Origin: Opitutia bacterium
GTDB taxonomy: Bacteria; Verrucomicrobiota; Verrucomicrobiia; Opitutales; Opitutaceae
Assembly: GCA_016190985.1 (NCBI GenBank)
Contig: JACPPI010000006.1
Coordinates: forward strand, 112,526 to 176,525
Direction of reading: 5' to 3'
DNA length: 64,000 bases
Part shown: one piece after another, positions 34,343 to 43,097 of the stretch
How positions within the stretch are numbered: the first letter of the stretch is position 1
How the letters are laid out: every line of letters begins with the position of its first letter
Notes under the pieces: model-generated
The model's input: the letters and a program-made list of their open reading frames with translations, nothing else
The model's database searches: none
What the model was told of the DNA's origin: nothing
Translations under genes and position numbers: made by a program

Positions 34343-35749
34343 CTATTTGGCCAGCTGGGCCTTGAGGAAATCCACGCTGCCGCGCACGGAGTCGTCCTGC
34401 TCCATCATGTTTTCGACGGTCTTGACGGCGTGGATGACGGTGCCGTGGTCGCGGCCGCCGAAGGCCTCGCCGATTTCCTGGAGGGAGTGGCGGGTGAGCT
34501 GGCGGCTGAGATACATGGCGATCTGGCGGGGGAACGCGATGGCGTTGGGCCGGCGTTTGCTCGTCATGTCCGAGTGGCGGATCTGGTAGTGGTCGGCGAC
34601 GCGTTTCTGGATGCCCTCGATGTTGAGGCGGTTCTGGGCCTCCTCCATCAGCACGTCCTTGAGCAGATGCTCGGCGGTGGCGAGGTCGAGGGTCTTGCCC
34701 GTGAGGGCGGCGTAGCTGGAAATCTTGATGAGGGCGCCCTCGAGCCGGCGGATGTTCTTCGAAATGTGCTGCGCCATGAACTCGATCACGGGCATCGGCA
34801 GCTCGATCTTGAGGGTGGCGGCCTTGGTCTTGAGAATGGCGACACGGGTCTCGAAGTCGGGCGAGGAGATGTCGGCGGAGAGGCCCCACTGGAAACGGGA
34901 GACGAGGCGGGCCTCCAGCGTGGCGATCTCGGCGACCGGGCGGTCGCTGGAGATGATGATCTGCTTCTGGGACTCGAAGAGGTCGTTGAAGGTGTGGAAG
35001 AACTCCTCCTGGATGCGCTCCTTGCCGGCGAGGAACTGGACGTCGTCCACGAGCAGGATGTCCACGTTGCGGTAACGCTGGCGGAACCGGGTCAGGGCGT
35101 TCTCCTGGATGGCGTGGATGTATTCGTTGGTGAACTTTTCCGTGGAGAGGTAGGCGACCTTGGCCTCGGGGTTGCGCTGGAGGATGCTGTGCCCGATGGC
35201 GTGCATCAGGTGGGTCTTGCCGAGGCCGGTGGCGCCGTGGAGGAAGAGGGGGTTGTAGGCCTGGGCGGGGGCCTGGGCGACGGCGAGGGCGGCGGCGTGG
35301 GCGAGCTGGTTGTTCTGGCCGACGACGAAGTTCTCGAAGGTGTTGCGCGGGTTGAGCGAGCTGGCGGCGGCCAGGCGCTCGTCGTAGCGGAGCGGGCGCC
35401 GGGCGGTGGCGCGGCCCTTGGGCTCGGCGGCGGGCACCCGGGCGGGGGCGGCGCCGTTGTCTGTCATCTTCTTCAGGCTGACGTGGACCATGCGGCCGGC
35501 GGTCAGGCGCAGGCGCTGCGAGATCAGGTCGAGGTAGTTGTCGTGGATCCAGATCGCGGCGAAATCATTCGGCACGCCGAGCGTCAGCGAGTCCTCGGTC
35601 GTCTCGACGCAGCGGATGGGCTCGAACCACATCGCGAACACATCCTCCGGGAACAACCCTTTCAGGTCGCATTTGACGGTTTCCCAGAGGCTGGTCTGGA
35701 GGGCGGGGTGAGGCATGACAGGACGGGGAGGAGACAGGTTTGTTGACAC
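34343..35749 (-). CDS. dnaA: Chromosomal replication initiator DnaA (alternative start ATG 35716)
   Basis: TFENFVVG-x-x-N, YNPLFLHG-x-TGLGKTHL, LLVDDVQF, SDRP, RL-x-SRF-x-WGL, RRLEGAL, RQIAMY, FGGRDHGTV. Confidence 0.97.
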   Translation of the reverse strand: MSTNLSPPRPVMPHPALQTSLWETVKCDLKGLFPEDVFAMWFEPIRCVETTEDSLTLGVPNDFAAIWIHDNYLDLISQRLRLTAGRMVHVSLKKMTDNGAAPARVPAAEPKGRATARRPLRYDERLAAASSLNPRNTFENFVVGQNNQLAHAAALAVAQAPAQAYNPLFLHGATGLGKTHLMHAIGHSILQRNPEAKVAYLSTEKFTNEYIHAIQENALTRFRQRYRNVDILLVDDVQFLAGKERIQEEFFHTFNDLFESQKQIIISSDRPVAEIATLEARLVSRFQWGLSADISSPDFETRVAILKTKAATLKIELPMPVIEFMAQHISKNIRRLEGALIKISSYAALTGKTLDLATAEHLLKDVLMEEAQNRLNIEGIQKRVADHYQIRHSDMTSKRRPNAIAFPRQIAMYLSRQLTRHSLQEIGEAFGGRDHGTVIHAVKTVENMMEQDDSVRGSVDFLKAQLAK

Positions 35750-35954
35750 TTCAGCAACTGCATTTGCCCTGACCCCGGTTTTGCCTGTCGTGCGCCTGCT
35801 ACTCGGAAGGGAAAATGGGAGGTCTGGCTGTCACTTCTCCGTCGCGCGTGGGCGGCGGAGGAAAAGTGATGGACAGCCGGGGTCTGGGGAGCCCTGGTCG
35901 AGTCGAGGCACGATGTGCGCTGCGGAGTTGGGAAAGAGCGGTCGCTGAGAACGA

Positions 35955-36116
35955 CGGTTAAAAATTACTTTGCGAGTAACGTGAACAAAAAAATGCGTTT
36001 CAAGGGCAACTTTCCGACATCTTGTTCACACTTTTCCGGCGATAAGTTTTCCGATTTTAATGTTGCGAAAAACCGGCCGGGCCTCGGGCGCGTTTTCTCC
36101 TCTGAAAATCCACAGC
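35955..36116. promoter_or_regulatory. AT-rich dnaA upstream region with degenerate DnaA boxes
   Basis: ttgttcaca (36022-30, one mismatch to TTWTNCACA), cgtgaacaa (35980-88) and aaatccaca (36106-14), set in A/T runs. Confidence 0.4.
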
Positions 36117-38168
36117 TCAAGCATTCGTGAGCTGATGCGGCTCCGGCTCGGCCCATTTGCCGTGTTCGCGGATCAGGGCGATCAGCCGGGCGTCGGCCTC
36201 GGCCTGCGGGAGGTTGTATTGCACGCAGTTTTTGCCGACGTAGAGGTTGATTTTGCCCGGCGCGCCGCCCACGTAGCCGAAATCGGCGTCGGCCATCTCG
36301 CCCGGACCGTTGACGATGCAGCCCATGATGGCGATTTTCACGCCCTTGAGGTGGCCGGTCTGCGCGCGGATGCGCTGGGTGGTGGTCAGCAGGTCGAACA
36401 AGGTGCGCCCGCAGCTCGGGCAGGCCACGAATTCGGTCTTGGAGATGCGGGCCCCGGCGCCTTGGAGGACGTTGTAGGCAAGTTTGGCCGCGCGGGCGGG
36501 GTCGGCCTCGGTTTCGATGCTCACGAGGTCGCCCAGACCGTCGCACAGCAGGCTGCCCGTGAGGAAACTGGCCTCCAGGAGCTTGGACAGAAAGCTGTTT
36601 TCGCCCCGCAGCGCCGTGGCGGACGTGTTGCGGATCCAGACCGGGGCCTTGGAGCCGGCCGCCCTGAGGTTTTCCAGCAAACGGCGGTAGGAACCGATGC
36701 TGTGGCCGGTGGTGGGGTCCGGGTTCGACAACGTGAACAGCAGATTGGCGTCGCCGAGCTGGCGCACAGCGGCCGCGTAGGCGGCGAAATGCTCCGGGGC
36801 GGTTTCCGCCGCGAGAAAATGTCCGTGCCGGCGGACCAGCTCGGCGAAAGCGGTGAACTGGTCGGTTTCTCCGGCCTCGAACCGACGGACTAGCAACACG
36901 CGCCCTTTGCTCAGGGCGAGCAGGGGCTGGAGCACGTCGGGTGTCAGCGTGGCGCCCAGTTCCAGCGCGAGGAAATCGACCGGCAGCGAGGTTCGGGCCA
37001 GCGCTTCGCACAGCGCGGCGAGGTCGCCGGGGCTGGTGATCGGCACCAGCAGTCCCTCGGCCGGGGTGTCCTTGAGTTTGGGCGCGGCGAGGGCCGCGGC
37101 CGCGTCAGCCAGGCCGGGCAGGGTGGTGCGGACGATGACGCGCGGCGGCTGCTCGGGGCCGACGGTGCATTTGTCCGAGAACTTGAGGACGGCGGTCTCG
37201 CGGCGGGTGAAATGATAAGGGTCGATGGAGTCCCGGCCAATGTTCGTATTACGAACATTGGCCGGGGAGGCCGGAGCGGTGTTCCAGAGCGACATCGCCT
37301 TGTCGGCGATGGCGCGGGCCACGGGAATCTCGTAGACCGAATCCTCGGTCAGCGACACGCGGATGGTGTCGCCCAGGCCGTCGAGCAGGAGCGAACCGAT
37401 GCCGATGGCCGACTTGATGCGGCCGTCCTCGCCGTCGCCCGCCTCGGTGACGCCGAGGTGCAGCGGATAGTGCATGTCCTCCCGGTCCATCCGCTCGACG
37501 AGCAGCCGGTAGGCCTGGATCATGACCTTGGGGTTGCTCGACTTCATCGAGAGGATGAGGGCGTGGTAATCGTGGCGGCGCGCGATGCGGAGAAACTCCA
37601 GCGCGCTCTCGACCATGCCGAGCGGCGTGTCGCCATAGCGGTTCATGATGCGGTCGGAGAGGGAGCCGTGGTTGGTGCCGATGCGCAGGGACCGGCCGAG
37701 TTCCTTGGCGCGGAGCACGAGAGGCGAAAAGGACTCGTGCAACCGCTCCAACTCGCGGTCGTAGTCGGCGTCGGTGTATTCCTTGACGGCGAATTTCTTT
37801 TTGTCGGCGTAGTTGCCCGGGTTGACCCGGACCTTCTCGACATGCTCGACCGCCTCCATGGCGGCGGAGGGCAGGAAGTGGATGTCGGCCACGAGCGGAA
37901 TGTGGCCGAAGCCCGCGACGGAGAACTGTGCCCGGATGTCCTTGAGGCATCTGGCCGCGGCCGCGTTGGGCGCGGTGATGCGGACTATTTCGCAGCCGAC
38001 CTCGGCCAGGGCGATGGACTGCTTCACGGTCGCGGCGATGTCCTGCGTGTCGCTCGTGGTCATCGACTGGATGCGCACGGGGTGCGTGCCGCCGACGCCC
38101 ACGCCCCCGACCATCACCTCGACGGTGCGGCGGCGGACGGTGTGGAAGCGGGACGCGCAGTAGGACAT
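36117..38168 (-). CDS. ispG: Long-form HMBPP synthase
   Basis: RIQSMT, PLVADIHF, RVNPGN, RIGTNHGSLS, SMKSSN, YPLHLGVTEAG, GDTIRVSLT, CPSCGR...MGCIVNGPGE; ~680 aa. Confidence 0.96.
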   Translation of the reverse strand: MSYCASRFHTVRRRTVEVMVGGVGVGGTHPVRIQSMTTSDTQDIAATVKQSIALAEVGCEIVRITAPNAAAARCLKDIRAQFSVAGFGHIPLVADIHFLPSAAMEAVEHVEKVRVNPGNYADKKKFAVKEYTDADYDRELERLHESFSPLVLRAKELGRSLRIGTNHGSLSDRIMNRYGDTPLGMVESALEFLRIARRHDYHALILSMKSSNPKVMIQAYRLLVERMDREDMHYPLHLGVTEAGDGEDGRIKSAIGIGSLLLDGLGDTIRVSLTEDSVYEIPVARAIADKAMSLWNTAPASPANVRNTNIGRDSIDPYHFTRRETAVLKFSDKCTVGPEQPPRVIVRTTLPGLADAAAALAAPKLKDTPAEGLLVPITSPGDLAALCEALARTSLPVDFLALELGATLTPDVLQPLLALSKGRVLLVRRFEAGETDQFTAFAELVRRHGHFLAAETAPEHFAAYAAAVRQLGDANLLFTLSNPDPTTGHSIGSYRRLLENLRAAGSKAPVWIRNTSATALRGENSFLSKLLEASFLTGSLLCDGLGDLVSIETEADPARAAKLAYNVLQGAGARISKTEFVACPSCGRTLFDLLTTTQRIRAQTGHLKGVKIAIMGCIVNGPGEMADADFGYVGGAPGKINLYVGKNCVQYNLPQAEADARLIALIREHGKWAEPEPHQLTNA

Positions 38169-38253
38169 GGGCTGAAGAGAAGTAACAAGCAACCAGGGGG
38201 GCAAGTGGCAAGAACCGGGAGGGGCCGGTTCAGCACTTGCTGCTCAATCCCTG

Positions 38254-39711
38254 TCACTTGCCGGCTTCCGCGGCCTTCTTCTGCTGCGCGGCGGCGGCTT
38301 CCTTAGCCTGGGTATCGGCCTTGAAATCGCTGACTAAGCGTCGGATGTCGCCGAAGATAGTGACATAAAGGACCATCATGAGCAGGAGCACCATGAAGAC
38401 GCTTTGCGTGCTCAGGATAAAGTTGGCCGGCAAGGGCCGGCCTCGGAGTTTTGTGATGGTGGCGAGAAGCATGTGGCCGCCGTCGAGCACTGGAATGGGC
38501 AGCAGATTGAAGATGGCCAGGTTCACGTTGATCAGCACTGCGAACCAGAGAGCATAACGAAACGGGAAGTCAGACTGGCCGGCGTTCCAGAAGCCGCGGC
38601 CGATACCCAGGGGGCCGCTCAAATTGGAAAACGACAGGTCGCCCTTGGGGCTGACCAGGCTCCATAGCGTGCGGAAGGTCGTGTCGACGATCTCACCGAT
38701 CTGAAGCCAAGGCGTTTCCTTAACCAGGCTGTAATTGATTCGTTGGGTCAGGCCGGAGAGCGGATGGGGCTGACCGATGGCGACCGGCGGGACCATGATG
38801 AAAATACTCTGTCCTTGACGCATCACGGTGAGCCGGACCGGCCGGTCCTTGTGGGTGCGCAGGTAATCGAAAAGAATTTCAGGGGCGGCGACAGGTTGGC
38901 CTTCAACCGCGACGATCTGATCCTTGGGCAGAAAGCCGGTGGCGGCACTAGGCGATCCCGGAAGCACCTGATCAATGATAGTTGCGAAGGCAGGCGAGAT
39001 GCCGATGGTGCGGAAGCGCTCGTCGCCGGATTTCTGCGGGCTCGCGGTGACCTCCAGCAGTTGACCGTCACGCTCAATGGTCAAGTGCACCAGCCGCTTG
39101 CCGTCCTGCTGGGTGCCGGTGCCGAGGACGAGGGCGGACTTAAATTGGTTCCAGTCTTCGATCGCTCGACCGTCCACCTTTCGGATGATGTCATTTGCTT
39201 TCAGTCCGGCGACCACTGCAGGGCTTGGCACATCGGCGCCATCGGCCATTTTCAGTGTGGGCAGGACGTAACCAATGCGGGTGGTTGCGAGGTATTCAGG
39301 GGCGGGGCGGCCGGCGAACCAGAGAATAGTAGCGAGAGCGAAAGCAAAGATGACATTGAAGGCGGCACCGGCCACAAAGACGATGAACTTGGTATTGTAG
39401 GAGATGGGAGGCAGCTTCTCGGCCTCGACATCCGATCCGCCCTCGATCGCCGCCATGTCGGCCAGTTGGGGCAGGGCCACGTAGCCGCCGAGCGGGATCC
39501 ACGACAGCCGGTATTCGACGCCGTCCCGGCCGTGCCATTTCCAGATCGCCGGGCCGAAGCCGATGGAAAAGCGGGTGACCTTGACGCCCCGGCGCCGCGC
39601 GGCGAGAAAGTGGCCGAGTTCATGGACGAAAATCGAGCCGCCAAAAAAGAGGACGATCAGGAAGATCGACCAGATGCTGCTGAACAAGGACTGGAATAGG
39701 CTGTGGGGCAT
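38254..39711 (-). CDS. rseP: RIP metalloprotease RseP with PDZ domains
   Basis: HELGH, FSIGFGP, IPLGGYV, AG-x-x-FN, NLLPIPVLDGGH. Confidence 0.95.
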   Translation of the reverse strand: MPHSLFQSLFSSIWSIFLIVLFFGGSIFVHELGHFLAARRRGVKVTRFSIGFGPAIWKWHGRDGVEYRLSWIPLGGYVALPQLADMAAIEGGSDVEAEKLPPISYNTKFIVFVAGAAFNVIFAFALATILWFAGRPAPEYLATTRIGYVLPTLKMADGADVPSPAVVAGLKANDIIRKVDGRAIEDWNQFKSALVLGTGTQQDGKRLVHLTIERDGQLLEVTASPQKSGDERFRTIGISPAFATIIDQVLPGSPSAATGFLPKDQIVAVEGQPVAAPEILFDYLRTHKDRPVRLTVMRQGQSIFIMVPPVAIGQPHPLSGLTQRINYSLVKETPWLQIGEIVDTTFRTLWSLVSPKGDLSFSNLSGPLGIGRGFWNAGQSDFPFRYALWFAVLINVNLAIFNLLPIPVLDGGHMLLATITKLRGRPLPANFILSTQSVFMVLLLMMVLYVTIFGDIRRLVSDFKADTQAKEAAAAQQKKAAEAGK

Positions 39712-40853
39712 CAGGTGGGGAGGGAGTGCGCGACGCGCCGGGCCTCGGCGTCCACCGCCAAGACCTGTTCGAGCGACGTTGGTTCGACATTTTTCACGGT
39801 GGCCAGAGTATGCTCAATAATCCGGGGAATCGCAAGGAAGGGGACACGGCTTTGCAGGAAAGCCGCGACCGCCACCTCGTTGGCCGCGTTGAACACGGCC
39901 GGGGCCGTGCCGCCGGCGGCCATCGCCTCGCGGGCGAGCCGCAGGCAGGGGTAGCGCCCCTGGTCGGCCGGCTTGAAATCGAGCGAGAAGACCTTGTCCA
40001 GCGGCAGCGCCGTGTCGGTGCCGGCCGGGGCGCGCTCCGGGTGGAGCAGGGCGTGCTGGATGGCGAAGGTCATCGTGGGCGGGCTGAGCTGCGCGAGGAG
40101 CGAGCCATCGGTGAACTCGACGAGGCAGTGCATGATGCTCTGCGGATGGATGACGGCCTCGCATTGGGCCGGGGCGAGACCGAACAGCCACTGCGCCTCG
40201 ATCAACTCGAGGCCCTTGTTGGCGAGCGTGGCGGAATCGACGGTGATCTTCGGCCCCATGGCCCAGTTCGGGTGTTTCAGCGCGTCGGCCACGGTGGCGT
40301 GGGCGAGTTTCTCCAGCGGCCAGTCGCGGAACGCGCCGCCGGAGGCGGTGAGCACGAGCCGGCGGACATCGGCGGCGCGGTGGCCCTCAAGGCACTGGAA
40401 GACGGCGTTGTGCTCGCTGTCCACCGGCAGCAGCCGGCTGCCGCTGGTGCGGGCCGCAGCCATCACGAACTTGCCGGCGAGCACGAGGATTTCCTTGGAG
40501 GCGAGGGCGAGGGTCTTTTTCGCCGCGATGGCGGCGAGCGCGGGCTGGAGCCCGGCGGTGCCGACGACGGCGACGAGCACGGTGTCGGCCCCGGGCAGGG
40601 CGGCGAGTTCGCGCAGGCCATCGGGGCCGCGGTGCAGCGTGACGCCGGGCGGGGCTGAGGCCGGGACAGCGGCATCGCCCAAGGCGGCGTGCCGCACGCC
40701 GAATTCGCGGCAGATGGCGAAGAGTTTCTCCGCGTTGCGGTGAGCGGCGACGCCGACGAGTTCGAGGCGGTCGCGGTGGGCACGGATGACGCGCAGCGTG
40801 CTCTCGCCGATGGAACCGGTGGCCCCGAGGAGGACGACGCGTTTTTTAGCCAC
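39711..40853 (-). CDS. dxr: 1-deoxy-D-xylulose-5-phosphate reductoisomerase
   Basis: LLGATGSIG, LALASKE, PVDSEH, LTASGG-x-F, HPNW-x-MG-x-KITVDSA, IHPQS, NAANE. GTG start lies inside a repeat arm. Confidence 0.96.
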   Translation of the reverse strand: MAKKRVVLLGATGSIGESTLRVIRAHRDRLELVGVAAHRNAEKLFAICREFGVRHAALGDAAVPASAPPGVTLHRGPDGLRELAALPGADTVLVAVVGTAGLQPALAAIAAKKTLALASKEILVLAGKFVMAAARTSGSRLLPVDSEHNAVFQCLEGHRAADVRRLVLTASGGAFRDWPLEKLAHATVADALKHPNWAMGPKITVDSATLANKGLELIEAQWLFGLAPAQCEAVIHPQSIMHCLVEFTDGSLLAQLSPPTMTFAIQHALLHPERAPAGTDTALPLDKVFSLDFKPADQGRYPCLRLAREAMAAGGTAPAVFNAANEVAVAAFLQSRVPFLAIPRIIEHTLATVKNVEPTSLEQVLAVDAEARRVAHSLPT

Positions 40854-41029
40854 GGATTTCACGGATTGGCACGGATGGGGAATGACGTCCGTTTCGTGTC
40901 ATTCTGAGCGCAGCGAAGAATCCAGCGACTACGTGCATGGCATCCGGCGGCTTCCGGATTCTTCGCTGCGCTCAGAATGACCGAAATTGAGAATCTGGTT
41001 CTATCCGTGTTCATCCGTGCAATCGGTGG
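40850..41029. repeat. CACGGAT-type inverted element with a nested 26-bp perfect inverted repeat (40898-40981)
   Basis: Outer arms ccacggatttcacggattggcacggat and atccgtgttcatccgtgcaatcggtgg; inner arm gtcattctgagcgcagcgaagaatcc with its exact reverse complement. Confidence 0.88.
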
Positions 41030-41038
41030 CGCCCGATC

Positions 41039-41881
41039 TCACTCGAGAAAGAGAAAGATGAAATACGCGACCGGGGCCGTGAGGATGAGGCTGTCGGTCA
41101 GGTCGAAGGCCCCGCCGATGCCGGGGATGAGACGTCCCGTGTCCTTGGTGTCCGCGCGGCGCTTGATGGCGGACTCGAGCAGGTCGGAGATAATGGCGAT
41201 GATGGCCAGCGGCACGGCGACCAGCGCGGCGACGCGCGGCGTCAGGCTCTCCGGCAATTGCGATGGAAGGCAATAGGCGATGGCCGCGCCGATGCCGGCC
41301 GAGACCAGCACGCCGCCGACCGCGCCTTCCCAGGTTTTCTTCGGGCTGATCTCCGGCGCCATCTGGTGCTTGCCGACGGCCAGGCCGGTGAGGAGGGCGC
41401 CCACGTCGCAGAATTTGGCGACGACCACGGTCCAGAGGCACAGCGTCAGGTTCTCGCCCGCATCGGCCTCGCGCATGAGGATGCGCACGAGGAAGTGCAG
41501 CAGATACGGGATGTAGAGCAGTCCGCCCATCGTGGCGGCGACCGTTTCGACGCGGTTGGCGGCATTGCGTTCGCCCAGCACGCGGATGGAGGAAACCACC
41601 AGCGCCAGCACAAGCAGGCCGGAGGGGATGCTGCCCAGCACATCCGGCTCCTCGGTGAAACAGGCCAGATAGTAGGGGGCGCCGATCATGAGCCCGCAGA
41701 ACAGCAGGCCCATCCACCGGAACGGGCGGGCGCCCATTTTCTCCGTCAGGCCGTAGAACTCGTGCAGCGTGAGCGTGGCGAGGATGGCGAGCAGCGCCAC
41801 GGCGGCGTGGGTGCCGAAGAAATAAAGGCTGCCGAGGATGACAGTCCACAGGACGAGGGTGCTGATGAGGCGGGAAAACAC
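41039..41881 (-). CDS. cdsA: Phosphatidate cytidylyltransferase
   Basis: DVGALLTG, GKH-x-MAPEISPKKTWEG, DLLESAIKR, KDTG-x-LIPGIGG-x-x-D-x-x-DS. Confidence 0.95.
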   Translation of the reverse strand: MFSRLISTLVLWTVILGSLYFFGTHAAVALLAILATLTLHEFYGLTEKMGARPFRWMGLLFCGLMIGAPYYLACFTEEPDVLGSIPSGLLVLALVVSSIRVLGERNAANRVETVAATMGGLLYIPYLLHFLVRILMREADAGENLTLCLWTVVVAKFCDVGALLTGLAVGKHQMAPEISPKKTWEGAVGGVLVSAGIGAAIAYCLPSQLPESLTPRVAALVAVPLAIIAIISDLLESAIKRRADTKDTGRLIPGIGGAFDLTDSLILTAPVAYFIFLFLE

Positions 41882-41903
41882 GGGAAGAGTAGGCGCGGCG
41901 GGA

Positions 41904-42653
41904 TTAGGCGGGGCCAGACTTAATTTGCTCGGTCGTCAGCCCGTAGCGGCGCTCGCGGCGGCCGTATTCGTCGACGGCGGCCTGCAGGTCCGCCTTCCCA
42001 AAGTCCGGCCAGAGCACGGAGGTGAAAACCATCTCGGCATAGGCGCACTGGAGCAGCAGGAAATTGCTCACGCGCTGCTCGCCCGAGGTGCGGATGAGCA
42101 GGTCGGGCTCGGGGATTCCGGCCGCGCCGGTGTAGAGGTAGCGGTTGAAGTTCTCCCACGAGGCGTCGGCGAGCTTCTCGGCGCCGGCCTGCACGGCGGC
42201 GGCGTAGGCGCGCGCGGCGTCGGCCACCTCGGTGCGGGAGCCGTAGTTGAGGGCGAGCACGAGCGTCCATTCCTGGAAATCCTTGGTGGCCTCGATCACG
42301 CGGTTGAGCTCGCGCTGCACGTTGGCGGGGAGCGCCTCGGCGCGGCCGATGGTGAGCAGGCGGACGCGGTTCTTGATGAGGTTGTCCAGCTCGCGCTTGA
42401 GGAAATAGTCGAGCAGGCCCATCAGCCCCGAGACCTCGTCGGCGGGGCGCTTCCAGTTTTCGGCCGAGAACGCGTAGAGCGTGATGTAGCGGATGCCGAT
42501 CTCGCGGGCGGCGTCCACCACGGTGCGGACGGTCTCGACGCCGCGGCGGTGGCCCTCGAGGCGGGGCAGGCCGCGCGCCTTTGCCCAGCGGCCGTTGCCG
42601 TCCATGATGATGGCGACATGCTGGGGAATCTTGGCCGGGCCGGGGGACGACAT
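41904..42653 (-). CDS. uppS: Undecaprenyl diphosphate synthase
   Basis: HVAIIMDGNGRWA, YAFSAENWKRP, NYGSR, DLLIRTSGEQRVSNFLL-x-Q-x-AYAE, RRYG. Confidence 0.97.
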   Translation of the reverse strand: MSSPGPAKIPQHVAIIMDGNGRWAKARGLPRLEGHRRGVETVRTVVDAAREIGIRYITLYAFSAENWKRPADEVSGLMGLLDYFLKRELDNLIKNRVRLLTIGRAEALPANVQRELNRVIEATKDFQEWTLVLALNYGSRTEVADAARAYAAAVQAGAEKLADASWENFNRYLYTGAAGIPEPDLLIRTSGEQRVSNFLLLQCAYAEMVFTSVLWPDFGKADLQAAVDEYGRRERRYGLTTEQIKSGPA

Positions 42654-42796
42654 GCGAAATGCGATTTAGGTAGCGGGCGGCGGGTTTGACAAGCCGCCTT
42701 CGCAATATTTGCTTCCGCCGTCGCCAAGGCTATGGCGCGACAAGGGGAGCGGGGCTCGGCTTGCATTTCTGGCCTCGCGCCAGCAGATTTTCCCGC

Positions 42797-43093
42797 ATGG
42801 CGAGCCAACCCCTGATCACGGCGGAAATCAACGCGGCGCTGCCGGCCTTGCCCGGCTGGCTGCTCGACCGGGACGCGCTGGCCAAGGAATTCAAGTTCGG
42901 CAGCTTCAAGGAGGCGCTGAGCTTCATGGTGCGCGTGGGCTTCGAGGCCGAGGCGATGGACCACCATCCCGACTGGACCAATGTCTACAACCGCGTCGCG
43001 ATCCGGCTGAACACGCACGACGCCGGCGGCAAGGTGACGGCCAAGGACGTCGCCCTCGCCAAGAAAATCCAGGCGCTGTCCTGGGTGGGCTGA
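42797..43093 (+). CDS. Pterin-4-alpha-carbinolamine dehydratase family protein
   Basis: F-x-F-x-x-F-x-x-A-x-x-FM, AEAMDHHPDW-x-NVYNRV, THDAGG-x-VT-x-KD. Confidence 0.92.
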   Translation: MASQPLITAEINAALPALPGWLLDRDALAKEFKFGSFKEALSFMVRVGFEAEAMDHHPDWTNVYNRVAIRLNTHDAGGKVTAKDVALAKKIQALSWVG

Positions 43094-43097
43094 GTGG

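Noticed and set aside
36117-38168. Unusually long IspG as a novel fusion
   Set aside because: The long three-domain form is known from Chlamydiae, Bacteroidetes and plants.
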